The notes under the pieces are model-generated. The model was not told where the DNA came from, made no database searches, and was given only the letters and a program-made list of their open reading frames with translations. This document shows positions 18,354-29,050 of a stretch of DNA of 64,000 bases, in pieces (the first letter of the stretch is position 1; the number at the start of each line of letters is the position of its first letter). Made by a program: the position numbers and the translations under genes. The stretch comes from Nitrospinota bacterium (GTDB lineage: Bacteria > UBA8248), in assembly GCA_030754595.1 (NCBI GenBank), contig JASLZZ010000077.1:44577-108576 (forward strand). The letters are read 5' to 3'.

Positions 18354-19610
18354 GTGCGGATTCCGGTCGAACTCTATATCGGGATGCGGCACCTGCGCTC
18401 GAGGAAGAAAACCGCCTTTATCTCCCTGACCACCTGGATATCCGTCCTGGGCGTCGCCCTCGGTGTCGCCACGCTGATTGTCGTCGTGGGCGTGATGACG
18501 GGGTTCGAGCGCGAGCTGCGCACCAAAATACTCGGCACCCAAAGCCATGTGGTTATCGTGGAGGCGGGGTCGGCTTCCCTGAACAAATGGGGCGACGTTT
18601 TGGACAGGGTGAAGAAAGAAACCCAGGTCGTCGCGGCGGCCCCGTTTGTCTACGGCCAGGCGATGCTTTCGTCGCGGGGCTCGGTCATGGGCGCGGTGGT
18701 GCGGGGAATCGACCCCGCCCGGGAGGAAAAGGTCACCGACCTGCGTAATTACATGCGCGCCGGATCGCTCAATAGCCTGGCGGGCGGCGGCGCTCCGCCG
18801 GGGGTGATTCTCGGGGCCGAGCTGGCTTCATCCCTCGGAGTGGAGCTTGGGGAAAATGTCACCATCATCAGCCCCGTCGGCGAGGTTACCCCGATGGGAA
18901 TGCTGCCCCGATCGAAGAATTTCCAGGTGTCCGGAATTTTCAGGAGCGGGTTTTATCAATACGACTCGGGCCTAGCCATCATCTCCCTGAAGCAGGGCCA
19001 AAAATTCTTTGGCCTGGGCAAAGGAGTGACGGGCGTTCACCTCCGGGTGTCGAATATTTTCGCGGCCGAGCGGGTGGCCCGGCGGCTCCAGGAGTCGCTT
19101 CCGTATCCGTACTGGATGCGCTCCTGGCAGACGATGAACCGGAATCTTTTCTCGGCCCTCAAGACCGAGAAGACGACGATGACGATTCTGCTCCTTCTGG
19201 TCATCGTGGTGGCCGCGTTCAATATCATCGGCTCGCTCATCATGGTGGTGATGGAGAAGGGCCGCGAGATCGCGATTTTGAAATCGATGGGCGCCACCCG
19301 GGGAGTGATTTTACGGATTTTCTTCTTCCAGGGGGCGACAATGGGGTTTGCCGGGGCCGTTCTGGGGACGCTGGGTGGGCTGGTTTTGGGTTGGAATTTG
19401 GGGGTGGTGGAGGATTTTCTCGAAGTTTATTTCGGTCTGGACATACTACCGGCCAGTGTCTACCATATTAGCCGTCTCCCGGTTTATATGACCGCTCAGG
19501 ATATTTCGATTATGGCGATGGGGGCCTTTATAATCAGTCTTTTAGCGACTTTGTACCCCGCCTGGAGAGCTTCTCGCGTCGACCCAGTGGAAATACTGCG
19601 CTATGGTTGA
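18354..19610 (+). CDS. lolE: Lipoprotein-releasing ABC transporter permease LolC/E
   Basis: GVALGVATLIVV..VMTGF, AAFNII, EIAILKSMGA, TLYPAWRAS..DPVEILRY. A single permease gene (LolF-like arrangement). Confidence 0.9.
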   Translation: MRIPVELYIGMRHLRSRKKTAFISLTTWISVLGVALGVATLIVVVGVMTGFERELRTKILGTQSHVVIVEAGSASLNKWGDVLDRVKKETQVVAAAPFVYGQAMLSSRGSVMGAVVRGIDPAREEKVTDLRNYMRAGSLNSLAGGGAPPGVILGAELASSLGVELGENVTIISPVGEVTPMGMLPRSKNFQVSGIFRSGFYQYDSGLAIISLKQGQKFFGLGKGVTGVHLRVSNIFAAERVARRLQESLPYPYWMRSWQTMNRNLFSALKTEKTTMTILLLLVIVVAAFNIIGSLIMVVMEKGREIAILKSMGATRGVILRIFFFQGATMGFAGAVLGTLGGLVLGWNLGVVEDFLEVYFGLDILPASVYHISRLPVYMTAQDISIMAMGAFIISLLATLYPAWRASRVDPVEILRYG

Positions 19611-20334
19611 GCATATCTCCGAGGAGGCGGCCGCCATAGATCAAGTGTTTGATAATAAAGAAGCTATTGTGTCCGTGTGCACCCTTGAAAAATCCTACCG
19701 CATGGGCGGAGACTCGGTCCGGGTGCTCAGGGGGGTGGACCTGGAGATTCATGCCGGAGAAATAGTAGCCGTCACGGGCGCCTCGGGAGCCGGAAAAAGT
19801 ACGTTGCTCCACGTCCTGGGGACCTTGGAGCGCCCCACCAGCGGAGAAATCCGGTATAAAAACAGAAGCCTGTCCGGGCTTTCGGATGCGGAATTGGCAT
19901 TGTTTCGAAATCGTGAAATCGGCTTTATCTTTCAGTTTCATCACCTCCTTCCGGAGTTTTCTGCTCTGGAAAATGTTATGATACCCGGGATGTTGGGTGG
20001 GGAGTCCCGCCGGGAGGTCGAAGGCCGGGCCGGCCACCTCCTCGACAGGGTAGGATTAAAAGAGAGAATTCATCATCGTCCCTCTGAGCTTTCGGGTGGC
20101 GAGCAGCAAAGAGTGGCTATCGCAAGAGCCTTGGTGAATCGGCCTTCACTGGTTTTGGCCGATGAACCGACTGGCAATTTGGATTCCGGTGCGGCGAGCT
20201 TAATCTTCGAATTAATGAAGGAGATCAATCACTCTGACGGTGTGACATTCCTCGTGGCTACGCATAATGCCGAAATCGCCGGGAGGATGGATCGTCAAGC
20301 CGTCATGGTGGATGGTCGGATCGACGCCAAGTAA
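19603..20334 (+). CDS. lolD: Lipoprotein-releasing ABC transporter ATPase
   Basis: GASGAGKST, FQFHHLLPEFSALENV, LSGGEQQRV, ADEPTGNLD. Confidence 0.93.
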   Translation: MVEHISEEAAAIDQVFDNKEAIVSVCTLEKSYRMGGDSVRVLRGVDLEIHAGEIVAVTGASGAGKSTLLHVLGTLERPTSGEIRYKNRSLSGLSDAELALFRNREIGFIFQFHHLLPEFSALENVMIPGMLGGESRREVEGRAGHLLDRVGLKERIHHRPSELSGGEQQRVAIARALVNRPSLVLADEPTGNLDSGAASLIFELMKEINHSDGVTFLVATHNAEIAGRMDRQAVMVDGRIDAK

Positions 20335-20357
20335 CAAGGTCTCGCAGGGAGGGCCGT

Positions 20358-22802
20358 ATGTTTAAGCGTTTCACGGAGCGCGCCCGTAAAGTTATCATCC
20401 TCGCCAGAGAGGAAGCGGATAATTACCGGCACGAGTATTTGGGAACCGAGCACATTCTTCTGGGTGTATTGAAAGATGGTGGCGGCATCGCAATCGCGGT
20501 TCTTCAGAAACTGGGAGTGGACCCCAAGCAATTGCGTCTTGAACTCGAACGAAATCTGCCCAAGAGCACGAGCGGTCCGGTCGAGGGCGATATTCCCTTC
20601 ACGCCGAAGGCGAAAAAAGTCCTCGAGTATGCCGTCGAAGAAGCGCGCCTCATGGGCCACAACTATATCGGCACCGAACATCTGCTGTTGGGGATCGTCC
20701 GCGAGAAAGACGGCCTGGCGGCGAAGATACTGGGAAGCTTTGGCGTCAAGCTCCAGCAGACCCGCGAGCAGACGGTCAACCTGCTTAGAGAGCCCGTCGC
20801 CACACGCTCGAGGGACAAGAGCAAGACCCCCGCTCTCGATGAGTTTGGCCGCGATCTGACCGAACTGGCCGAGGAGGGCAAGCTCGACCCGGTAATCGGC
20901 CGAAACGATGAGATTGAGCGGGTGATACAGATTCTCGCCCGGAGGACGAAGAATAACCCCGTCCTGATCGGCGAGCCCGGGGTTGGAAAGACGGCTATCG
21001 TCGAAGGCCTTTCTCAACTCATCATTGCCAAGGAGGTTCCTCAAATCCTCTACGGAAAGCGGGTGGTCGCGCTTGACCTGGGGGCCCTCGTTGCCGGGAC
21101 CAAGTACCGCGGCCAGTTCGAGGCTCGTCTCAAGGCGATCATGAAGGAAATCACCCAGAGCCAGGACGTGATTATCTTCATCGATGAATTGCACACCCTC
21201 GTCGGCGCCGGCGCCGCCGAGGGTTCCATCGACGCATCGAATATGCTTAAACCCGCCCTGAGCCGGGGCGAGGTTCAGTGCATCGGTGCGACCACACTCG
21301 ATGAGTATCGCAAGTACATCGAGAAAAACGGCGCGCTCGAGAGACGTTTTCAGTCCATCATGGTGGAGCCGCCCTCGAACGACGATGCCGTGAGCATCCT
21401 GCGCGGACTCAAGGACAAGTACGAAAAGCATCACAAAGCCCGTATCGTGGACGATGCAATCGTCTCGGCGGTGAAGCTGTCCTCTCAGTATGTCTCGGAC
21501 CGCTACCTGCCCGACAAGGCCATCGATGTTATCGACGAGGCCTGCAGCAAGGTGCGCCTTGCGAAGGAGACCTTCCCGTCCTCGATCCGCGAGCTTCAGC
21601 GGAAAATCGACGATACGATTCGCCTCAAGAAAGACATGATCGAGAATCAGGATTTCGAGAAGGCGGTCGAGCTTCGCGATCAGGAAGAAAATGACCGTGG
21701 CCGTCTCGAGGAGCTCAAATCCGAATGGGAGGCCGAGCAGTCCGACGAGGAGGCGCTGGTTACCGAGGATGATGTCGCCTTTGTTGTCAGCCGGATGACG
21801 GGAATTCCCTTGCAGCGCATCGGGGAAGTGGAGAACGATAAACTCCTCAGGATGGAAGAGGAGCTCAACAGCAAAATCATTGGCCAGGAGGAGGGCACCC
21901 GCCTTCTCACAAAGGCCGTTCGCCGCTCCCGGGCGGGTCTGAAAAACCCCAAGCGCCCGATTGGCAGCTTTTTGTTCCTGGGCCCAACGGGCGTGGGCAA
22001 GACCGAGATGGCCCGCGTGCTCGCCGAATTCATGTTCGGCGACCCTTCGGCTCTCATCCGTATCGATATGAGTGAGTACATGGAGCGGTTCAACGTTTCG
22101 CGCCTGACCGGCGCGCCTCCGGGATATGTGGGCTACGAGGAAGGCGGACAGCTCACCGAGCGCGTCCGCCGCAAGCCCTATTCGGTGATCCTGCTGGATG
22201 AAATCGAAAAAGCGCACCCCGACGTTTACCACCTTCTTCTTCAGGTGATGGACGACGGCGCTCTCACGGACAGCTACGGGCGGCTCATCGATTTCAAGAA
22301 TACGATCATCATCATGACGTCTAATCTGGCGGCGCGCTCCATCGAAAAGGGAACCTCCCTCGGGTTCCAGAAAGAGGACGCGGGGAAAGGCTTCGAGAGG
22401 GTCAAGGACAATATTCGCAATGAGCTGAAGAGGACGTTTAACCCCGAGTTTTTGAATCGCATCGACGATGTGGTGATCTTCAGTCCTCTCACTAACGACA
22501 ACATTCTCAGGATCGTTGATATCGAGATCGCCAAAGTGAACGAGACCCTGGCCGATAAGGAACTGCGCCTGGAGTTGACCGAAGAGGCCAAGGACTGGGT
22601 GAGCAAAGAGGGATACGACCCCGCCTACGGAGCCCGGCCGCTTCGCCGCGTAATTCAGAGGCATATAGAGGACACTCTCAGCGAGGAAGTCCTCCGCGGC
22701 AAGTTCACCGACGCAGGTGTTATTTTGGTCAAGCTCGCCGGCGATGAGCTGGTTTTCGAGGCCAAGGAAGATTCCGAAGTATTCAGCATCCAGGATGCCT
22801 GA
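20358..22802 (+). CDS. clpC: ATP-dependent Clp protease ATPase subunit, ClpC type
   Basis: [12 protein letters not shown], two ClpN repeats, [11 protein letters not shown]-type middle domain ([11 protein letters not shown]), [20 protein letters not shown] ClpP-binding loop. Confidence 0.95.
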   Translation: MFKRFTERARKVIILAREEADNYRHEYLGTEHILLGVLKDGGGIAIAVLQKLGVDPKQLRLELERNLPKSTSGPVEGDIPFTPKAKKVLEYAVEEARLMGHNYIGTEHLLLGIVREKDGLAAKILGSFGVKLQQTREQTVNLLREPVATRSRDKSKTPALDEFGRDLTELAEEGKLDPVIGRNDEIERVIQILARRTKNNPVLIGEPGVGKTAIVEGLSQLIIAKEVPQILYGKRVVALDLGALVAGTKYRGQFEARLKAIMKEITQSQDVIIFIDELHTLVGAGAAEGSIDASNMLKPALSRGEVQCIGATTLDEYRKYIEKNGALERRFQSIMVEPPSNDDAVSILRGLKDKYEKHHKARIVDDAIVSAVKLSSQYVSDRYLPDKAIDVIDEACSKVRLAKETFPSSIRELQRKIDDTIRLKKDMIENQDFEKAVELRDQEENDRGRLEELKSEWEAEQSDEEALVTEDDVAFVVSRMTGIPLQRIGEVENDKLLRMEEELNSKIIGQEEGTRLLTKAVRRSRAGLKNPKRPIGSFLFLGPTGVGKTEMARVLAEFMFGDPSALIRIDMSEYMERFNVSRLTGAPPGYVGYEEGGQLTERVRRKPYSVILLDEIEKAHPDVYHLLLQVMDDGALTDSYGRLIDFKNTIIIMTSNLAARSIEKGTSLGFQKEDAGKGFERVKDNIRNELKRTFNPEFLNRIDDVVIFSPLTNDNILRIVDIEIAKVNETLADKELRLELTEEAKDWVSKEGYDPAYGARPLRRVIQRHIEDTLSEEVLRGKFTDAGVILVKLAGDELVFEAKEDSEVFSIQDA

Positions 22803-22855
22803 TACCGCCTCCTGGATATTTTAAATAAGCCACTTCACCGCGCAGGGAGTCATTC

Positions 22856-25192
22856 ATGGCAAATGCGGCGAGGACGGTGGTTTGCGTTTGCATATCCTTT
22901 TTGTGTCTCGCTTTCTCCGCCCGAAGCGTCCCGGCGCAAGGTTCGTACGATGTGGCGCAGGCTCCTTCTCCGGCCATTTCGATCAAGGCAGTTGAAATTC
23001 ACGGCAACAAACGCGTTGATCGTTCCACGGTCCTTTTCTATATCAAGATAGCCGAGGGCAAGGCCTACACCAACATCGAGCTCGTCGAACAAATTCGCGA
23101 GGATGTACGCACCATCTACGGCTTGGGTTTTTTCCGGGACGTGAAGGTGGATGTCGACTCCTTCGAGGGCGGACTTCGCGTCATCTACCACGTGACCGAA
23201 AAACCCACCATCCGGAAAATCGAATTTCGGGGCAACATCAATATCGAGGAAGAAAAAATTCGCGAGGCCTTGACCGTCAAGGCCCAGACCATCATCAACG
23301 AGGCGACGATCAAGGAGACGGTCCGCAATATCCGCAAGCTTTACCAGGAGGACGGATATTATTTCGCGCGGGTGGAAGCCGTCCTGAAAGAGGGGACCCG
23401 GAACACCGTCGATATCACTCTGATGATCAACGAAGGCGAAAGCGTCGAGATCGAGACGATAACTTTTCACGGAAACGAACGTATTTCGAGGAAAGACATC
23501 CTCGCGGCCATGGATACCGACGAGGCGGGTTTTTGGTCGTATATCACCGAATCGGGGATATTCAAGGAAGACGAGTTGGAAAAAGATCTTCTCCGGATTC
23601 GTCTTCTCTACCAATCGCGCGGATATTTCAAGGCCCAGGTCGGCCAGCCGATCGTCAAGGAAGACCACGACCGCGGAAAATTGAACATTGTCATCTCTAT
23701 CAGCGAGGGATTTCAGTATAAAACTGGAGAGCTCGAAATCCGGGGGGGTGAAGACGTTATACCCCCCGAGGAGATCAAGAATAAGTTCCGGCTTTTTCCA
23801 GGCGAAGTCTTTAACCGCGGTTCTATGATTCAAGACACCCAGGACATCTCCGACGCTTTCGCTGCGCGCGGTTACGCCTTTGCGGACGTTCAGCCATCCA
23901 CCCGCGCCGACGATGAAAAGAAGACGGTCAGTATTATTTACAACGTCAAGAAGGGCCGCCGGGTATATATCGGGAAGGTCACCGTCAAAGGAAATACTCG
24001 CACCCGCGAGAACGTCATTCGCCGGGAGGTCCGCGTCACGGAGGGAGCTCTCTACGACTCGAAGGGTCTGACCACCACCCGACGCCGCCTTAACCGGCTC
24101 AACTACTTCGGGGACGTGAAAGTGGTGGAAAACCGCCGTCCCGGCAGCAGCGACATTCTCGATATCGATATATCGTTGGACGAGAGGCCGACGGGCTCCA
24201 TAGGCGCGGGTTTTGGTTTTAATAGCCGCGAGGGAGGAATATTAACGGCTTCGATTCGAGAGGATAACCTTTTTGGACGTGGCTACCAGATGAGTTTGAA
24301 CGGAAGTATCTCCGGTTCGTCCCAGTTGGCAGTGGCATCCTTCAATAATCCTAATTTTCAGGATCGGGACTTTTCCCTGGGAGGGGATGTATTCATCGTC
24401 GAGGATGAATTCTCGACATTCGACAACTTTCGCCAGGGCGGGAGGATCAATTTCGGAAAATCCCTTACCGACGATTTGACGGCCTATCTTTCCTACGAGC
24501 TTTCTACATCGAAAATTACAAATGTCTCCACGGTAGCGTTTCAGGATATTATCGACATTGAAGGAGATACTCTTCTTGAGAGCAAATTGATCCCATCACT
24601 TGTTTTCGATACTCGGAACAGCCGCTTTTTCCCCGATAAAGGGACTCTGTTTACGGTGGCTCCTTCGATTGCGGGTGGGCCTTTGGGCGGTGATATTGAT
24701 GTCGCTTTCTTTCGGACGGATTTAAGGCAGTATTTTAATATTGGCGATAAATTGCGCAACCGGTTTTTGAAAAAGCTGGTATGCTCCTATCGCGTGGAAG
24801 CCCGCTACACGGATGCTTTTAAAGGCTCTTTGCCCGCCTTCCGGCGCCTTTTCCTACAAGGCCGCCGGTCGATTCGGGGTTTTGATCGCGACGATCTGGG
24901 CCCGGTGGATCGGTCGGGAGAAGCAATCGGCGGCCTCTCGACAGGGTTGTTGTCCACGGAGTTGGTGCACCCCTTTGTCGGTCCGACGCGGTTGGTCGCT
25001 TTCTTCGACGCAGGCAACGTTTGGGAGACGCATAACGCATACGATTTATCTGACCTGCGGTACGGGGCCGGCATCGGGATCAGGGTAATCACGCCGCTTG
25101 GGCCCTTGCGGCTCGATGTCGGCTACAAACTGGACAAAAAATCGGGCGAACGTCCACGCGAGGTGCATTTCGGGATCGGCTCCTCGTTCTAA
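22856..25192 (+). CDS. bamA: Outer membrane protein assembly factor BamA
   Basis: Signal peptide, repeated POTRA domains (GN..), IRGF loop motif, TPLGPLRLD, C-terminal Phe. Confidence 0.95.
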   Translation: MANAARTVVCVCISFLCLAFSARSVPAQGSYDVAQAPSPAISIKAVEIHGNKRVDRSTVLFYIKIAEGKAYTNIELVEQIREDVRTIYGLGFFRDVKVDVDSFEGGLRVIYHVTEKPTIRKIEFRGNINIEEEKIREALTVKAQTIINEATIKETVRNIRKLYQEDGYYFARVEAVLKEGTRNTVDITLMINEGESVEIETITFHGNERISRKDILAAMDTDEAGFWSYITESGIFKEDELEKDLLRIRLLYQSRGYFKAQVGQPIVKEDHDRGKLNIVISISEGFQYKTGELEIRGGEDVIPPEEIKNKFRLFPGEVFNRGSMIQDTQDISDAFAARGYAFADVQPSTRADDEKKTVSIIYNVKKGRRVYIGKVTVKGNTRTRENVIRREVRVTEGALYDSKGLTTTRRRLNRLNYFGDVKVVENRRPGSSDILDIDISLDERPTGSIGAGFGFNSREGGILTASIREDNLFGRGYQMSLNGSISGSSQLAVASFNNPNFQDRDFSLGGDVFIVEDEFSTFDNFRQGGRINFGKSLTDDLTAYLSYELSTSKITNVSTVAFQDIIDIEGDTLLESKLIPSLVFDTRNSRFFPDKGTLFTVAPSIAGGPLGGDIDVAFFRTDLRQYFNIGDKLRNRFLKKLVCSYRVEARYTDAFKGSLPAFRRLFLQGRRSIRGFDRDDLGPVDRSGEAIGGLSTGLLSTELVHPFVGPTRLVAFFDAGNVWETHNAYDLSDLRYGAGIGIRVITPLGPLRLDVGYKLDKKSGERPREVHFGIGSSF

Positions 25193-25231
25193 ACGAGCTC
25201 ATGAATTTCTTGGGAAGGGAGAGGTGTTGAG

Positions 25232-25801
25232 ATGAATCGTTTACTGGCAGGCATTTCGATGGTTGGGTTTTTTTTCCTGACTCTTGGCATAAGTCCCGCG
25301 TATTCGGCGGAGTTCCGGGTGGGGGTGGTGGATGTGCAAAAGGCGGTTGCCGAATCAAAGGCTGGCCGGAAAGCGCGTGCGACGCTGCAGAGAGAAAAAA
25401 AACGACTTGGAGAAAAACTCATCGAAAAGCGGAAAAACATTGAAGCAGTGGTGAAACAAATCAGGGACCTCCAACTCGAAATTCAACAAAAGGGACCCAT
25501 ATGGAGGTCCGAGGAGCGTGATCGGAAAAATAAGGACCTCCGCAATCGAAAACGGGTATTCGCCCGCAATGAGGATGAACTCAAGCGTTTGGTTCAGGAT
25601 AGCCGCAGGGAATTGTCGAGCCGCCAACGGAAACTGACGAACGATCTCATCAAGCAAATCCGCGAAGTGGTGCAGGAAATATCCCGGAAAGGAAACTACG
25701 ATATCGTCATCGACAAAACGGTTGGCGGCGTCATGTTCGCGAAAAAAACCGTGGACATTACCGACCAGGTGATTGAGCTCTACGATAAAAAGAAGAAATG
25801 A
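25232..25801 (+). CDS. skp: Periplasmic chaperone Skp/OmpH
   Basis: Signal peptide, VGVVDVQK, basic coiled coil, YDIVID..DITDQVI. Sits between bamA and lpxD. Confidence 0.9.
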   Translation: MNRLLAGISMVGFFFLTLGISPAYSAEFRVGVVDVQKAVAESKAGRKARATLQREKKRLGEKLIEKRKNIEAVVKQIRDLQLEIQQKGPIWRSEERDRKNKDLRNRKRVFARNEDELKRLVQDSRRELSSRQRKLTNDLIKQIREVVQEISRKGNYDIVIDKTVGGVMFAKKTVDITDQVIELYDKKKK

Positions 25802-25802
25802 G

Positions 25803-26813
25803 ATGCGTCTCGCGGAGATCGCTGAGAAAATCGGGGGAGAACTTATCGGCGGCGGGGACTTCGATGTGCGGGATGTCGCCGATTTCGCCGGAGCTTCGCC
25901 GGATTCTCTGAGTTATGCCGAATCCGAACGGCAACTGAAGGAACCGACCGAAGCGGGTGCCTTGATCGTTCCTTCGGGCATCGACCCTGGCCGCCCGGCC
26001 ATTCGCTGTGAAAATCCCAAATTGGGATTCGCCCGCGCCATAGCTCTTCTTCACCCCCCCAAACCCTTCGTTCCTGGAATTCATCCATCGGCCATCATCG
26101 ACGAGAAGGCCAAGGTCGGATCGGGCGTCTCCGTCGGTCCGGCGGCATCTATCGGTCCCGAGGCGGACATCGGGAACGGGTGCCACATTGGGGCCGGCGC
26201 ACGAATAGGCGAGGGAGTGAATCTGGGGCCGGACTGTATTATCCATCCCAATTGCGTTTTGTACCCAGGGGCTACTTTGGGCGCCAGAGTCGTTCTGCAC
26301 GCCGGGGCGATTATTGCCTCAGATGGATTTGGCTATGTTCCCGACGGCAGCGGCGGAGTGGTGAAATTTCCTCAAACGGGAACCGTCGTCATAGAGGACG
26401 ATGTGGAGATCGGCGCCTGCTCGGTTGTGGATCGCGCCTCAATCGGCGAGACCCGAATCAAGCGGGGAGTCAAGATCGACAACCTCGTACAAGTCGCGCA
26501 CAACGTAACAATCGGCGAAGGGAGCCTCATCGCCAGCCAGACGGGAATTTCGGGGAGCGTCACACTCGGGCGGGGTGTCATCATGGGCGGCCGGGTGGGA
26601 GTCGCCGATCACGTCGAGATCGGAGATGGCGCGATTTTCGGAGCGATGTCGGGGATTTCGAAGAGCCTGGAGGGCGGAAAAATTTACCTTGACGCCCCCG
26701 CGGTCGAAATTTCCGAGGCGCGGCGCCGGATGGTCGTCTACTCCCGCCTGCCGGAAATCTCCCGGCGTCTTCGAAATGTTGAGGAAAAATTGGAGGATAC
26801 CGAAACTTGTTGA
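25803..26813 (+). CDS. lpxD: UDP-3-O-acyl-glucosamine N-acyltransferase
   Basis: Hexapeptide repeats, DGFGY, KFPQTG, DDVEIGA, KIDNLVQVAHNV. Confidence 0.96.
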   Translation: MRLAEIAEKIGGELIGGGDFDVRDVADFAGASPDSLSYAESERQLKEPTEAGALIVPSGIDPGRPAIRCENPKLGFARAIALLHPPKPFVPGIHPSAIIDEKAKVGSGVSVGPAASIGPEADIGNGCHIGAGARIGEGVNLGPDCIIHPNCVLYPGATLGARVVLHAGAIIASDGFGYVPDGSGGVVKFPQTGTVVIEDDVEIGACSVVDRASIGETRIKRGVKIDNLVQVAHNVTIGEGSLIASQTGISGSVTLGRGVIMGGRVGVADHVEIGDGAIFGAMSGISKSLEGGKIYLDAPAVEISEARRRMVVYSRLPEISRRLRNVEEKLEDTETC

Positions 26814-27253
26814 CCACAGAAGATATTCTCCGGCTGCTCCCGCACCGATTCCCGATGCTGCTCATCGACCGGGTGCTTGAACTCGATACCGAGGCCGTTT
26901 CGCTGGTCGCCATAAAAAATGTTTCGCATAACGAGCCTTTTTTTACGGGACACTTTCCGGATCGGCCTGTCATGCCCGGCGTTTTGATGATTGAGGCGAT
27001 GGCTCAGGCGGCTTTGCTTTGCATATTCGGGGGTAATCACGCCGATCCCGAGTCCGATTTCCTTTTTGCCGGAATCGAGCAGGCGAAATTCCGCCGGGCG
27101 GTCGTTCCGGGCGATCAACTTCGTATCGAGGTGAAACTGATTCGCCAGCGGGGGCCTCTCTGGAAAGTGGGAAGCACCATAACAGTGGATGGGGAAGCGG
27201 CCGTTGAAGCCGTGCTTACCGCCTATGTCACAGCGCCTCTAAATTCATCGTGA
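26807..27253 (+). CDS. fabZ: 3-hydroxyacyl-ACP dehydratase
   Basis: LPHRFPMLLIDRV, FFTGHFP..PVMPGVLMIEAMAQ, VVPGDQL. Confidence 0.97.
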   Translation: MLTTEDILRLLPHRFPMLLIDRVLELDTEAVSLVAIKNVSHNEPFFTGHFPDRPVMPGVLMIEAMAQAALLCIFGGNHADPESDFLFAGIEQAKFRRAVVPGDQLRIEVKLIRQRGPLWKVGSTITVDGEAAVEAVLTAYVTAPLNSS

Positions 27254-28032
27254 GTGAAATTCACCCGTCCACCTCGATCGACTCCGGCGCATATGTCGGC
27301 GAGGGAGTCAGCGTCGGCCCTGGAGCAGTTATCGGCGCAGACGTCCGGATGGGGGACGGTTGCCAGGTGGGCGCCAATGCGGTCATTGAGGGGCCGGCCG
27401 AGATCGGACCCGGCTGCAGGATTTTTCCCGGCGCGATCATCGGCACCGAGGCGCAGTATACTGCTCTGGAGGGCGAGGGCGGCCGTGTCGAGGTCGGGGC
27501 CAATACGGTGGTTCGCGAGGGGGCCACTATCAATCGTTCGTTCAAGGAGGGCGGCGTCACCCGGGTTGGCGAGGAATGCTATCTGATGATGCAGGCCCAT
27601 GTCGCGCACGATTGCCTGTTGGGCGACAGGGTGATTTTGACCAATTCGACCGCCTTGAGCGGCCACATTGAAATAGGCAGCGACGCTTTCATCACGGGAT
27701 TTACCGCGATTCATCAATTTGTCCGTATCGGGGACGGCGTGATCTTGAGCGGACCGACCGCCGTCAGGAAGGATGTACTCCCTTATACGAAAACCGACGG
27801 TAATCCTCCCGAGGTGCGGGGGCTCAATACTATCGGTCTCAGGCGGATGGGGGTGACGGCCGAAATCCGATGCCACCTTAAGCGGGCCTATCGAATCCTT
27901 TTCCAGGAGTCGAAAACGGTCGAGGAGGCCATCGGGAAAATCGAGGCCGAGTTGCCTGTGGGACGCGAGATCAAAACCGTGGTAGACTTTCTCAGGGTTT
28001 CAGAAAGAGGTGTTTACAGGGGCGGGGTATAG
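27250..28032 (+). CDS. lpxA: Acyl-ACP:UDP-N-acetylglucosamine acyltransferase
   Basis: Left-handed beta-helix, VREGATIN, AHVAHDC (catalytic His), HQFVRIG, GLNTIGLRR. Confidence 0.95.
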   Translation: MSEIHPSTSIDSGAYVGEGVSVGPGAVIGADVRMGDGCQVGANAVIEGPAEIGPGCRIFPGAIIGTEAQYTALEGEGGRVEVGANTVVREGATINRSFKEGGVTRVGEECYLMMQAHVAHDCLLGDRVILTNSTALSGHIEIGSDAFITGFTAIHQFVRIGDGVILSGPTAVRKDVLPYTKTDGNPPEVRGLNTIGLRRMGVTAEIRCHLKRAYRILFQESKTVEEAIGKIEAELPVGREIKTVVDFLRVSERGVYRGGV

Positions 28033-28069
28033 TGTCGGCCGATAATCGCCCGAAAAAGAGAGATTCCTG

Positions 28070-29038
28070 ATGGGTGTGTTGCGTGTAGGAGTGGCCGGAG
28101 TCGGCCACATGGGGAGTTACCACGTCGCCGCGCTGGGAGAGTTGGTGGATCCCAACCTCGCCGCCTTGGCGGATCTCGATCGGACCCGCGTTCGCGAGTT
28201 GGCCGATAAGTTCGGCGCTGAATCCTATTCCAGCGCCGAGGAGCTTGTCGGCAAAGTCGATGCGGTCATCGTCGCTGTTCCCACCGCATACCATTACAAT
28301 GTCTCCAGAATGTTCCTTGAAAACGGGATTCACGTTCTCGTCGAAAAGCCCATTTGCAACAGTGTCGAGGAAGCCCGCGAGTTGTTCAAAGTCGCCTTCG
28401 AAAAAAAGTGTGTTCTTCATATCGGTCACGTAGAGCGTTTCAACGGAGCGGTTCAGGAACTTGGCAAGATTGTCCGGGAACCGATGTTGATCGAGTGCCG
28501 GCGGCTTGGGCCTTTCGTTTCGCGCGCCAGAAACGACGGCGTTGTCCTCGATCTGATGATTCACGACCTGGATATCATTCTCCAGCTGGTTGACGAGGAA
28601 GTGGTGTCCCTTTCGGCGACCGGCGCCATTGTCGTGAGCGAACGCGACGATGTGGCCAACGTCCAGCTTCAGTTCTCCGGCGGGTGCATCGCCAGCCTCA
28701 CCGCCAGCCGAATCACTCAACATAAGATTCGCCAGCTTTCCATCTCTCAGCCCGATGCCTTCATTCGGCTCGATTATGCCGATCAGGAGCTTCGGATTCA
28801 CCGGCAAGCCTCCAGCGAACGAAGCCTTTCCCGCGAAGAACTGAAGTACAGCGAGCAAACCCAGGTGGAGCGTCTTTTCGTTCACAAGGACAACCCCCTG
28901 AAGCTGGAACTCAGGAATTTCCTGTCGGCCGCCGAGAAGGGCGAAGTGATCGAAGACATCGAGAGAGAGCTCCGGTCTCTGGATGTGGCGCTCCGTGTTC
29001 TCCAGATGCTCGACGTGCCCGCTCCAGCCTCTATTTGA
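28070..29038 (+). CDS. gnnA: Gfo/Idh/MocA oxidoreductase, likely GnnA (UDP-GlcNAc 3-dehydrogenase)
   Basis: GVGHMG, VPTAYH, HVLVEKP, GHVERFN, DLMIHDLD, LTASR. Located between lpxA and lpxB, like characterised gnnA genes. Confidence 0.72.
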   Translation: MGVLRVGVAGVGHMGSYHVAALGELVDPNLAALADLDRTRVRELADKFGAESYSSAEELVGKVDAVIVAVPTAYHYNVSRMFLENGIHVLVEKPICNSVEEARELFKVAFEKKCVLHIGHVERFNGAVQELGKIVREPMLIECRRLGPFVSRARNDGVVLDLMIHDLDIILQLVDEEVVSLSATGAIVVSERDDVANVQLQFSGGCIASLTASRITQHKIRQLSISQPDAFIRLDYADQELRIHRQASSERSLSREELKYSEQTQVERLFVHKDNPLKLELRNFLSAAEKGEVIEDIERELRSLDVALRVLQMLDVPAPASI

Positions 29039-29050
29039 TCTCTTCCGAGG

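Noticed and set aside
20295..22664. 789-aa antisense ORF over clpC, and other long shadow ORFs such as 7235-8764, 16801-18195 and 27992-29455
   Set aside because: They mirror well-supported genes, carry no motifs, and are expected in high-GC DNA with few off-frame stops
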